A model generated the notes under the pieces. That model saw nothing but the letters and a program-made list of their open reading frames with translations. It was not told where the DNA came from and did not search any database. A stretch of DNA of 64,000 nt from contig MU053652.1 in NCBI GenBank assembly GCA_013239625.1, positions 6,563,902 through 6,627,901 of the forward strand, given 5' to 3'. The translations under genes and the position numbers were made by a program. The first letter of the stretch is position 1. Each line of letters opens with the position of its first letter. The DNA comes from Lama guanicoe (taxonomy: Eukaryota). Shown here piece by piece: positions 37,139 through 49,600 of the stretch.

Positions 37139-40100
37139 ACAGGAATGGAAGGTAAGAAATGAGAAAGCATAAAGACAATTTATGACAAATAGAAAAACAC
37201 AACAGGCATGTTGCAAACCGATTTAAATATATCAATTTTCCCTATATGGATTAAATTCCCCTAAAATGAACAAAATCAGATAGGATGAAAAAGTACAAGG
37301 ACATACTAAAATTAAATGACTCAAAAAGCCAAGAATAAAAGAGGGTAAATATATAACAGATAAATACTAACCAAAAGAAAATTTGTACAAGAAATATTGC
37401 TGTTAGAAAAAAAGGATATTCAGCTGAAAAATACTAATGGGAGTATTGTACTAATGGGTGTAAGTAGTCTTGGGGGTAATATTATGACACAATATAATGA
37501 AAAAGGACAACTTTTCAAAATGAAAGATAAAAACTAAGATGTTGCATTAACCTAATAGTAAAGTCTGAAATCTACAAAGAACAGTTAAGAACAACTGAGG
37601 ACAAACAAACTCACCCAGAATCTGATAAGGACACTGTAATACAACAACTCTCTAATCATTAGATTTTTTAAAAATTAAAAGTTATAAAAAATGTAGAGGA
37701 TTTCAGCAAACCAGTTAACAAACTCTATCTAATGCATATTCAGAGAGCTCCCCTAAACATCACCGCTAGTAACCAGTTTTGTCAGTCTCACATGAAACTT
37801 TGACAAAAACTGCACATGTTTAAGGCCAAAAATTTAGAAAGGACAAAAAGAAATATGATACTGATAAAGTTTTCTGATAGTAACAAATCTGAAACAATAA
37901 AATCAATAGATGGTTTTTAACAATATATTTAAAAACTAAGGGAGGTTTACATTTCCAGGAAGATAGAGGAGATATAACTTTACGCTATTCTATTTTTAGC
38001 ACTTAATTTATTATTAAAAACTAAAAGTTCTTGGGATTATATACAAAGCCAAAAAAAATCTGAATTATGAAAAGAACACAACTGATTTTAGGGCAGATAT
38101 CCAGGCACTGGATATTCTTAGTTTCTGTTTATCAGTTAATGTCATTAGTCTTTCATTTTTGAATGACAGTTTTAGTGTAATAGACTACTTGATTAATAGT
38201 CTTTTAAAAATATTTCAAATATGCCCTCTATGTCCTCCCCCCGCCTAAATAAAAAAAAAAAGGTACCTCCAAGGGGATGCAAATTCTGAATAAACTGATC
38301 CTGCAGCATAGACCAGTTATAAAACTTTGGGGGAAACCTTAAGTGAGAGCTAAAGAGAGTGAACAAAAGCAGGAAGATTTTAAGAAAGGGAAAGCAACAA
38401 AAAAGCATTCATATAAAAATTACAAATTACATAAATGTAAAAGATAATAGGGATGATCACTTACCTCTTATCAGATATCAGGGAGGTCAAAAGAAAAGCA
38501 TCTTTGCAGTGCTGAAATAAAAAGAAAATGATTGTGTGTCAATTCAGCACTCTATATTCAGTGATAATATTTTTCAAGAATGAATATAAAGACATTTTCA
38601 GATAATGGAACAACAATGATCTGAAAGGATTAAAGGGAAAAAAAAAAAAACCTCTCAGTTCACAATCAACCAGAAATATGTCTGTTCACAACAACCAGAT
38701 TAAAAAACCTCGTATTTCAGGGGAAATTGGCTACAGCACTCAGAAGAGTTGTGTCTCAGATGAGAGGGCAAACGAGTCATAGACAAAATAATGCACTGGC
38801 CCCTTCTAGAAGCTTAAAAGCAGGACGTAAAAGCATCAAGTTGTTTCCAAGTATATTAACAGCACCCCAGAACAAACTCAAGAATATTTACAGCATGCAG
38901 AAATATCCAGCACCCATAAGGAAAATCCACATTGTCTGGTATGTTGTTAAAAACTATCAGGCAGATAAAGAAGCAGACAATATGACTTATGATTACAACA
39001 AGAAAAATAATAAAAACTGGCCCACGTATGATACAAATTATGTAATTAACAGGAAAAGTCAGTTACTTTTATTCAAACAGTTACTATAATCTATATTCTG
39101 TTTGTAAAAAAAGAAGTTTATGCTTTCTAAACTAGCAGAGAACAACTGAAAAATAACACTTTTATGTTTCATTCACAATAGAAAAAAAGAAATAAAATAC
39201 TCAGGAATAAACTCACAAAAGTCATGCTATATCTCTATAATGAAAACCACAAAGTATTGCTGACAAATTACAGAACATTGACACAATATATCTTGTTATA
39301 TCTGGGGGGAAATCAATAATCTTATGGATTCTAGACAATAACTATCAAAATTACTACAGATATTTCTGGAGAAATTAATAATATGATTCTAAAATTTTAA
39401 GGGAAATGCAAATAAGACAAAAGAGCCAAGGAAGATTTGAAAAAGGATACAGCTGTCTATTATACTACCCAATTTCAAGGCATAATATAAATCTACAGTC
39501 ACCAAAAACTATGGTATTGGTGAAAAAACAGACACACAGATTAGTGGAACAGAAGAGAATCCAGAAATAGACCCACCCATATATTTTCAACTAATTTTTA
39601 ACAAAGATGTCAAGGCAATTTAGTGGCAAAGGAAATTTTTTTTTAACAAAAAATTACACTGGAACCATTTGGGTATACATCTGGGAGAGAAATAAACATA
39701 CACAAATACTAACCTGAAATGGATCAGAGCCTAAATTTAAAAGCTAGAATTATAAAACTCCCTGAAGAAAACATAAGGCAACATCTCTGTTGCCTTGGGT
39801 GGGCAAAGATTTCTTAGATGACACAAAACATACAAGTCATATTGTAAAAATAGATAAATCGGGGTCTATTAAAACAGAAACAGTTTATCTTCAAAAGATG
39901 TCACTAAGGAAACAAAAATTCAAGTCGCCAAATGGGAGTAAATAGTTTCAATACATAGATGTGGCACATAATATCTGTAGCCAGAATGTATGAAGAAGTC
40001 TCATGAATCAATCGTAAGAAGATAAAGAACCCATTTTTTTAAGTACAAATATTCGGACAGACAAGTCAGCCAATAAACCCATGAAAAAGTGTTCAACATC

Positions 40101-40390
40101 ATTTGTCATCAGGGGATTGCAAATCAAAATCACAATTCCACCCCACTACACATTCACTAGAATGGTTAAAATTATAAGGATTGTCTATACAAAGTTTTGT
40201 AGTGGATGTGATATGGCTATAACTATAATACATTGCTGGTAGGAATTTAAAGTGGTACAACTACTTTGGAAAAATATTTGGAAGTCTCCTAAAATATTAA
40301 GCATATACTTATAATTCCTAACTATTTCGTTTCTATGTATTTACTCAATTAAATGGAAACATTTGCCCACATAAAGATATATTCTCGTAC
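37139..40390 (+). mobile_element. Mosaic of old LINE-1 pieces: EN-region fragment (37139-37935), L1MD-like 5' end (from ~37940), short antisense ORF1 piece (~38120-38240), distal ORF2 (~39110-40390)
   Basis: L1MD-like start ATTTCCAGGAAGATAGAGGAGATATAACTTT. ORF2 motifs ATATAAATCTACAGTCACCAAAAACTATGGTATTGG...AATCCAGAAATAGACCCA and CATTGCTGGTAGGAATTTAAAGTGGTACAACTACTTTGGAAAA. Confidence 0.78.
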
Positions 40391-40394
40391 ATGT

Positions 40395-40485
40395 GCTCAA
40401 TACCGTTTCAGTTGTAGCACTGGAAATCCCGAGTGTTCAGGAACCCCGTAATCCCGGGCAAACTGGGATTTTTTTTTGTCATCTG
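40395..40485. mobile_element. MER81-like (hAT-Blackjack) miniature element
   Basis: GTTGTAGCACTGGAAATCCCGAGTGTTCAGGAACCCCGTAATCCCGGGCAAACTGGGA resembles MER81 (TTTTAGCACTGAAAGTCCC...CCCGGGCAAACCGGGAC). Confidence 0.65.
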
Positions 40486-41708
40486 TCATACAGGTTTAAG
40501 AGTAAGTTAATTAATTTAATTAATTTAAAGTTTGATGAGTAACAACATATATATTTTTTCAAAGTGCCTCTCTCTAAAACACACTTCTAAAAAAAGCAAA
40601 AATAACTTTTCACTATGGAAGTCTGGCAGACACCACATTAACTCTTCCCAAGTTCCTTGATACCAAGAAGTGATTATAGATATATTATTTTTTACATCTT
40701 CTGCGGTCCTCTGGTGAAGCTGATTCCTGATTCCTTTATTGCCCCAAAGGTCCAGCTCTAACGTCTGAGAGTTTCATTCCTTCGGGCTTTCCTTCCCAAC
40801 TTCCCAGGCTGCCTGCTTTTCATTTGCTCCACAGTTGTGAGGTAATATTTCTGTTAAGAATATAGACCTACAGCGATCAAAATCAGGAAATTTTAAAGCT
40901 CTCATAGACTCCCTTAGGGTTTTCCCCTCAAGAAATCCATGGTATTTCACTTCAATCAGCATGCAAATTCTTCTGCTAAATCCCTGTCATGATTGAAAAT
41001 CATTTGCTAATCTCAGAAGGAATTGGAGGAAAATACCTGTAATGTTTTGGAGGGTTGTTTTTGTTTCTTATTAGAAGAATGATATATAACTATTATTGAA
41101 AATTCTGGGGCAAAAATACAAAGGTAGAAATAAAAACACTCAGAAGGTCTTTTTAAAAAATATAAATTGTACAGCAACAAACATTTATATATCTTTAGGT
41201 TTTTATATAATTCAGTGTATTATGCCTTACTACATACATGCATATGATTACATATACAAACACACATGTCTATATGTACATATGTATCTTATAATGTCTT
41301 CATATTTCTCTTTTTAAATCTACATATGCATACTTATATATACAAAAACTACATACATGCGAGGATACAAACACCAATATTGTACATTTACACTCAAAAA
41401 TAAATGTACGATTTTGTGTGCTCAAAGAACTACTAAAATGGCCTTACTCAATTCACTGTATTTTCTGTCTTCTCCCTCCCCTTCTTCTCCTCCTCCTTTA
41501 CTCCTGCTTTTTCACCCTCTCTCTGATTTTAACCCAAAAAAGAGAAATAATATAATCACGTTACTTAAAGTATGCTTTCTCTTAAAATTGTAATGTAAAA
41601 TTATCATTATGTTATCAGCCATTTGTAATTTTTTTTACATTTTGTGAAAGGCCTACTTTTATATTAATTAATAGCTTTATCTGGTCTTATTTTAATTTTC
41701 ATTAATGA

Positions 41709-42102
41709 TGCTTTGAACAGAATTGTGTCCCCTCCTCACAAATTTACACGTTGAAGTTCTCATTCCCAGTACCTCTGAATGTGACTATATTTGGAGACAG
41801 GGTCTTTTAAAAAGGTGATTAAGTTAAAATGAGGTCATTATTGCAGGTCTTCATCCAATATGACTGGCATACTTTTAAGAAGAAGAAATTGAGACACAGC
41901 CATGATCAGAGATAAAATCAGGTGAAGACACAGGGAGAAGACGACCACCTACAAACAAAAGAGAGAGGCATCGGGAAAAAGCAACGCTGAGAACATCCTG
42001 ACTTTGGATTTCTAGCTTTCAGAATTGTGGGAAAATAAACTTCCGTTGTTTAAGCCACCCAGTCCGCAGTACTTTTTTCTGACAGCCCTAGAACACTAAT
42101 AT
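41709..42102 (+). mobile_element. MaLR solo LTR (MLT1B-like)
   Basis: GAATTGTGTCCCCT...GTTGAAGTTCTCATTCCCAGTACCTCTGAATGTGACTATATTTGGAGACAGGGTCTTT...GTTGTTTAAGCCACCCAGTC...CAGCCCTAGAACACTAATA. Confidence 0.9.
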
Positions 42103-44280
42103 GGGTGTTAATCACTTATTTCTCTAATATACGTTGAAAATGTATTTTCCAGTGTGTCATCTGGTTTTTGTTAAGTAAATTCTTATGAAGTATGACACAG
42201 TACTTCATAAGTACCAGAAAAATACAAAATCATAATTGTACAACTTCATGAATTTTCTCAGAAGCTCCATGAATTTCTCCATAACCACTCCCAGATCAGG
42301 AATTAGAACACGATCAGCACCCAGAATCCACGCTCATTCTTCCTCTGAGCCCTCCCTCCCTCCAGCTGTACAGAACATTCTGCCTCGATTGACTAGTTCT
42401 ACTTGGAGCACGAGGCATGTGGAAGGTCAGCCTCGTGGATGCTTGCAACCCATTTCCAAACACCAGCAGCAAGACAGCCATATGTGGGAAGTCCATTCAC
42501 ATCCAGGCCCACACCAGGTAATGCCTGTCTTTACCCTGGCCATATGTTCTTTCTTCATTTCAGCCATTCTATTTTCTTTTATTTTCATTTTTCTTTTGAG
42601 TACGACATTGAGTATCTTCTCAAATGTTTTTTGATTAATTGTACTTCCTTTTGTATGATACCCTTGTTTATGAGCTTTAACCATGTTTTTATTGTCTCAA
42701 CTTTTTCTTATTGATTATAATGGCTCTTAATATATTGAAAATACACATCATTTGTTATCTACATATATTGCACACTTTGTCCATATTTCACTTGCCATTA
42801 AAGCTTTTAATGTTGTCTTTTAATGAGCGCACTACTTCAGGTAGCCCTTTTACAGTTTTTTTTTTTTATCGTTAATGCTCTTTACATCTTCTTTAAGACG
42901 TTTATGGCCTATCATAAAGTCAAGAAGTTGCTCTCCTGTATAACCTTCTAGAGAGGTTTCTGTTTGGTTTTTAAATCTTTAAAGTATCTAGAATTTAGAA
43001 TTTCTAATTTTGTGATTTAAGATTTCTCTTTTTTTATATGGATATTCAATTCATCACGATTTAAATTTTTTTCTTCATTGCACTTTATATTTGTAATTCT
43101 TTCGAGACTATAGATCATAAATCAAGGCTATACATATGTAATTCTTCCTCTGGGCTTTCTATTCTCTTTCGTTAATCTATCTGTCTATTCCTGCACAAAA
43201 GCCACTTCGGTGGCAAATTCTCTCAGTTGTTGACTATTTGAAAATACCTTTACTTTGTCCTCATTTTTTAAACATGTGTTTACTGGGTTTAAATTTCAGG
43301 GTTAGCAGTTATTTTCTTTCAGACCTTCAAAGAGGCCATCACATTTTCTCTTGATTCTCTTTGCTTATTTAGAGAAGTCAGCAGTGAGCTTTATTGTCCC
43401 CTCAAACAAGAGATAATGTTTTCATTAGGTGACTATTATGACTATTATTCATTTAACTCTAAGTGTATTTTCACAACTCAGAAACTTTTAGGAGGGAAAA
43501 GGCTAGCATTAAATGTGACACCAGAAAAAATAAACATACATAATGCGGAATTACTTAAGCTAACTGTGGTAACATGTATATAATTTGTCACCTTAACTAC
43601 AAAGCACTTAGGTAGGTTTTGTTTTCTTTCCATTATTGGACTTAGTTTTTCCTGAATCTAGCTGAATGTCCCATTCTGTCTGTCACTTTTAGAGCTCTGA
43701 TTATACTTACGTTAAAATTGTTCAACTATCACCTGTGTCTGTTATTCTAGTCTCTGTATTTGCTGTTTGGCTCTCTATGCTCAAGATTAGGTATTTTCTA
43801 TTGACTTACCTCCAGTTTATTATTCACATCCTTAGCACTTACTCATGTTAAACTCATCTTTTGAGCTCTGAATTACAGTCACTTTATTGTTCAGCTCTAG
43901 AACTGCCACTGTATTTTTTTTTTATAGATTCCAGTTCTCTGGAATTCTAGTTCTCTGGAGCCATGTATTTTTTGAGTACAATTAAAGTTGTTTTAAAGTT
44001 TGTATTTTAATAAACTGTATGTGAATAACCTGTACTCTTTCCATTTTTTTCTGTTGATTCTGTTTTCTTGTATGCATGGTGATTTTGTATTAAATACCAA
44101 ATAATTTGTCTGCAAAATTAAATAATCTCTAGGTAATTTTACCTACATCTGGACATAATTTATTTTAGTTCATGACTGTCAGTAAATTTTGAAGCAGATT
44201 ACCTTAAATTCAATCATAAATTGAATCAACACTGTGTGTTCGGGCCTTTTTCTGATTTGCTCTTAATCCTTGGCTATATC
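42103..44280 (-). mobile_element. Old LINE-1 fragments (L1ME-like 3'UTR/ORF2 ~42160-43200; ORF1 region ~43200-44280)
   Basis: Antisense L1 motifs: CATAACCACTCCCAGATCAGGAATTAGAAC; GGCTTTCTATTCTCTTTCGTTAATCTATCTGTCTATTCCTGCAC; GGCAAATTCTCTCAG...TTTGAAAATACCTTTACTTTGTCCTCATT. Confidence 0.7.
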
Positions 44281-45008
44281 CCTTCAGTTGTACTACATGA
44301 GGGTCTGGAATGCTGACAAGAGCTGTACATCCTCAGAAGGTCTCGAACGCAGATATTTTTATCTCTAGAAACATGAGACTGCCAAAAGGTGTGCTCAGCC
44401 GCAGCTTCCCTCATTCTTTTTGTCCTTTCAGCTTGGCAGCATTTATACATGTGCACATGACAGAGAGCAGCAGTGCAGTGTATGAAGCTTACTTCTCCAC
44501 GCTTCATTTATCTTAGGGATTCTGATTCTTTCAGTCATATCTCCAGCAACTCACAAAAGGCCTGAACACACAGTGTGACTTCAGAGAAGTAGAATTCCAG
44601 AGAACTGGAAAATATCCAATGCCTGTGGGACTTAGGGAAACCCAAGTTCACATATCATACACAGTTCTATTCAGATAACTCATTTCAATCTCTAAGATAT
44701 CTTCTATTACTTTGATCAGTGTATCTATAAATATTCTTTTCAATGTTATAAAAGTTTTGTATTATTTCCCTAATATTGCCATATTGAGCTTATTTAAAGT
44801 AGTTCAAAGATACACTTAATAAGTTCACAGAAATTCTCAAAATATGGAGATCTGTTACTCACTGTCCTAATATGTTTGTAAGAGTTAACATTTATGTGAA
44901 TTAAAACACTAAAAACACATTTTTATCCTATGAAAATGAATTTGGAAATTCCATTTTTATTGAAACACCCCACTTCGTTTATTTACTACTAAATGTGCTA
45001 ATATAAGA

Positions 45009-45469
45009 CATACTCATTTCCTAAGACTGCCATAACAAATTACCACAAAATGAGTGGGTTAAAACAACAGACATTTTCTGTCTCACAGTCCTGGAGGCTA
45101 GCAGTTCAAAATCAAAATCCCAGTGGGGCCGTGTTCTCTCTGAAACCTGTAGGGAAGAACCCTCCCTGTCCTCGGCCAGCTTCCGGTTTTTGCTCACAAT
45201 CCTTGGCAATCATCAGCAGATGAATCATTCTAGTCTCTGCCTCTACTGTCACAGACCCGTGTTTTCTTTCTGTGTCTCTGTGTCTGTGTCTCTTCTCTTC
45301 TTATAAATACAGGAGTTACACTGAATAAAGGGTCCACCCTTAAGATGATCTCATCTCAACAAATTACATTTGCAGCAAACCCTACTTCCAAGTAAGGTCA
45401 CATTCTGAAGCCCCAAGGATTAGGATTTCAATGTATCTTTTTACAGAGGACACAATTCAACTCGTAACA
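45009..45469 (-). mobile_element. MaLR solo LTR (MLT1C-like)
   Basis: TTTCCTAAGACTGCCATAACAAATTACCACAAA...TTAAAACAACAGACATTT...TCTCACAGTCCTGGAGGCTAG...AAGGTCACATTCTGA...GGACACAATTCAACTCGTAACA. Confidence 0.9.
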
Positions 45470-46551
45470 CAAGGGAAAACGGTAACATATTTTAGAGTAT
45501 GTAATCTCAAATATGACAGGACATATAATCAATTATGTAAAGCCAAAGTCACTGAACTGAGGAATCTCTTGTGGTCTCTCAAATAGTCAATCTAATTTTT
45601 AACCCATTTAATTGATAATTAATTTTTTAATATTCAGTGCAATTAAGAATAACAAAGTTAAGCAAATTTGTGTTTCAGTGATTAGACAGAATTAAAACCT
45701 GAAGTTGAAAGCAGGCAGAGCAAAGGGGGCCTTTCCAGATACCCTAAATATTTGCCTTTCTGTCTTCTTTTAGAGAGAAAATTGTTATGACAATATTGTC
45801 CATGAAGTATATTAATGAAAGATATTGAAAAGAAGTATTATCTGATTAAAGATAATTCAGCAATCAGTATTTGTCTTTTATTAGTCTCAAATTGATTTTA
45901 TTCTCTTTGCTACCTTATTCCCATATTCTTTTGTCCAGACGAGTCTCAAATTTTGGTTGGGAAGCATGATGTAAAGACCACGTGAAATTGCTGAGCTCAT
46001 GCAGATTCTGATCCAATATGTCTAGAATGTGCTACAGATATTTATATCTGATACTCTTCCCACTCCTATGATTCTAATCCAAGTATGTCACATATCACTC
46101 TTTTAGAAATACTACTTTTTAGATACTAGAAGTAAAACAATATTTTTAAGGTCCCATATTCTTTTACAGTTTGAACTTTTTTTTTTGCAATTTGTGGGCT
46201 TTTTCCATTGATTTTTACTTTATGATACTAGAATTCTGATCTATCCAAGAGATTTTGTTTTTACTAAAACTCCTTGAACCAAAAGAATCAAGTATAAATA
46301 GATTATCAAATGGCTGAGTCTCCTTCAGCTACATGCAGAATACAACTTCATTCTTTCTCATTACTACCTTTAAGACTACATGGAAAAATATTCCTTTTCT
46401 ATGTTGGGATATCAAAGGCAAACTGTATCATATTCCAGGCAGAACCATGCATTAGAACAATGCCTTTATCACGTATTAATAATCTCAGTGATCTAAATCC
46501 ATACTTCAAGCTCATTTCCAATCTTTAAAGTTTCTCTCTTTCCTTATTCAG

Positions 46552-46693
46552 CTCTGACCAATCAGAGAATTCTACAAAGAGAAACTGGATGCAGTCTGCT
46601 CTTTCCCCGTTTTCATCTTGTTTTGTACTTTACTCCTCTGCTCATCGTGCTGCTACAAATGCCTCGTCACGTGGACTGATGAAGGGAGATGAG
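46552..46693 (+). other. Candidate 142-nt exon (unvalidated)
   Basis: Acceptor tttctctctttccttattcag, donor GAG|gtaagg. One frame is open throughout (SDQSENSTKRNWMQSALSPFSSCFVLYSSAHRAATNASSRGLMKGDE). Peptide not recognised. Confidence 0.22.
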
Positions 46694-49600
46694 GTAAGGG
46701 GACAGAGAGGTCTCCATTATATAGTTCACCATACAATGCCTTCTGCTGCTGGGGTCTCTTCAGCCCACTGGGTGGTTCCGCTTGGGACAGGTATCTGAAT
46801 GTGGCTCTGCCTTCACTACCTCCGCTCACCACTTTGCCCTAAGTCCAGGGTGTTGCTTCTGTTATCCCTTACCTCCCTGCTATCACCCACAGCTGGAGCC
46901 AGACCTCTCACCTTTTTGGCTTTTCCAGATAAGATTAGAAAAAACAATAAAAAAAAAAGACCAGATATGCCTTCTAAATCCAGGAAGCATAGACCAATCT
47001 ACTTCAAGAACTTTTTCACCCGTTCCACTTCTGTAGCAATGCAAGTGAGTGGGGTTAAACTATTTGGCAGATCAGCAATGATTGTTTCAGGGGTTAGGAT
47101 GTTATTCTACACTCCTGGGAGATACCCTCACACTTCAAGGAGGTTGCTCCCTTGAAGCACCTCACTGGTCTTTCCCACAGAGGAATAATAGTGATTCATA
47201 AATCAGCCTGACAGTTCTCTTCAAAGGAACTCTCACTCACTCTGTCTGATTAACTCCTGTCTCTTTGAAGACATAGGCTAAATACTCATATGGGAGTGTC
47301 ACTGATTTGCTCTGAGACCTCTGATGCAGACAGTTAAGCATCTCCTGTGTCCTCCTTAATATCCAAGCGCACAGGCTTCCTCTACACGACACAGTCTGTT
47401 AAGGAAGTGAGCATTAGCACTGCCTGCTGCACAGACCGCCCCAAGTACCTCGGTTCTGGTCACCTGAGCGGCTTCTCTTGCCTATGGGGACAAGGGCCAG
47501 GACTTGTGGTGCATAGGTTTTTCTCAATCTTATCATTTAAAGTGAATAAAATTAGTAGTTTATGTGGATGAGAGCTGAAGAGGGTAATTCTAAATCTGGG
47601 GGAAAGATTCAATGAATATGAAAGAGAAAAGGGGACAAACTGTGAAACTGGAAGACTACAAAACCAAGAGCACATGAGCCAAGAAGAAGCAGAGCGGGCA
47701 AGACCGAGGAGATTCGAACAATTCCAGAGAAACGTGGTGGCTTTCATTTGTTCCCAGGGCGCCTCTAGCACAAAGCTGAAGAAGACTGGCTAAGTCATCT
47801 ACAAGTTAGCTCTGCACATTTTTCAAGATTGTCAGGTTTATTTGTTTTTGTTTTTTATTTTGAGGTTTATGTATGCTTAATTATTTATTTGCCAAGGTGT
47901 CTTGAAATAAAACTACATTTATTATCTTAATTGTAACTGAATCTTTTAAAATGTTATCACCTCGAAATATCAATGTATACACAACTGAAATAGCATTTAT
48001 GTGACTATTCCTTTAATGCACCATCTGTTTTGAGGACATGATATTAACTGAAGAATTTCCATTTCTGACACAACTTTTAAAGTGGTGTACAATTTCATTT
48101 CAGTTTTTTGAGAAAAAAAGATGAAATCCATAAAACATTGTTAAGCTTTTCTTTGGTTTGGCAAATTTTTTTAAAAGTCATTACAGTTTTTCTCCACTTA
48201 TCAAAACTATTTTAATCTCATGACTTTCAAGCTATTTAAAAATTTGATAGTGTATTCATTTGCTCCGACTGTGTTTAATTAACACATTCTCTTCTATGTC
48301 AAGCGATCTCTCTGCTGGGAACCAACTTTTTCATTAGTAACTCTAACAGTCTTTCCTTACGAACAATCTCTCTCAGTATGTCTCTACCTATGTATCTCTA
48401 TGTTTTTCTCTCTATTTAACTTATTCATATGTATTTCCTTGAATTCCACTCCCCTCTCAAATTGCTTTTTATATCATATTCAACATAATCTTTTATTTTG
48501 ACTATAGTTGAAGCATGAAAAGTTCAAATGACTCTCCGGATACTTCCAGAGAGATTTTTAATATTTCTTAAGACTTCAAGCATAAACAGCAGATGAATCT
48601 CACAACTGATTCATGAGGCATCATATTACTGATAGAGGAAAGAAGAACTCTGGACTCTGAGGCTCTGAGATGCTTTGAATAGAAAAACTATTTTTACCTA
48701 TCAGGCAGGATATTATATGGGACTGTTAACTTTCATCAGGGGTTCATAAACCTCTCAGTAATCACCTACACAGCTTTCAAAAGCACAAATTATTCCCCTA
48801 AAACACCAGAATTCCAGGTTTAGAATGTCTAGGTTGGAGTGTGTTTCACAGTCTACTTTAATAGATATGAAAACAGAGGTTACTTTTTTGTTTGCTTATT
48901 TATTTATTTCTGATTTTGTAAAGGAGAATAATATACCGGTTCTTGGTAGGGCTGGTTCAGAAAACCAAAATGTGCTTTGTAAAATATTTCATAGATTTCT
49001 TCTTTGAAAAAGGAAAGCTTGGTAACATACTGGAGATTATCACCTTTCCCCAATTTCTTCCAAAGACAACTATTCAACTAAAGGCCATATTTGAAGGAGA
49101 GACGGTAAACCAAGTTTACCTTCTGAGAGGGGAAAAAAAAAAAAGAGTACCACTGTATGATGGGGCCTGGCATGGTGGCTGGTCACTCAAGAATTGAGCT
49201 GAAAGGGGTCTGCCCTGTGCATGACATGAGATATTCCCGGTGCTCTCTGAGAGGGCCAGTAAATTTGTCTGAGCTTAGGGAATTTCTTCAGTATGTCTAG
49301 GAGGACTTTGACTCTTCTTGCTTGTTTTCCCATGCCATCTGTCTTCTAATGCAGGTTACCCTTAAACCAGCCTCCTGCTGTCAATGGTTCTCATCAAACG
49401 AAAAGGAATGGTCTGTTTACACTCAAAGTGAACCAGCTCTGAGCACTCAAAATTCTCTCTCTCACTATTCAAGTGAGGAGGTTCCACCTTTTAGGTTCTA
49501 ACACACTGTGAAAAAGATCTTTCCTTTTGTCACCTTGCCTGACAGTCACCGTTGGCTTGGCGCTGAGAAAAAACACCATGCTAATAATAATCATGTATCT

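Noticed and set aside
47572..47793. 73-codon open frame rich in charged residues (ELKRVILNLGERFNEYEREKG...)
   Set aside because: It is bounded by stops, has no convincing splice acceptor, and its internal ATG gives under 40 aa. Purine-rich composition explains the look.
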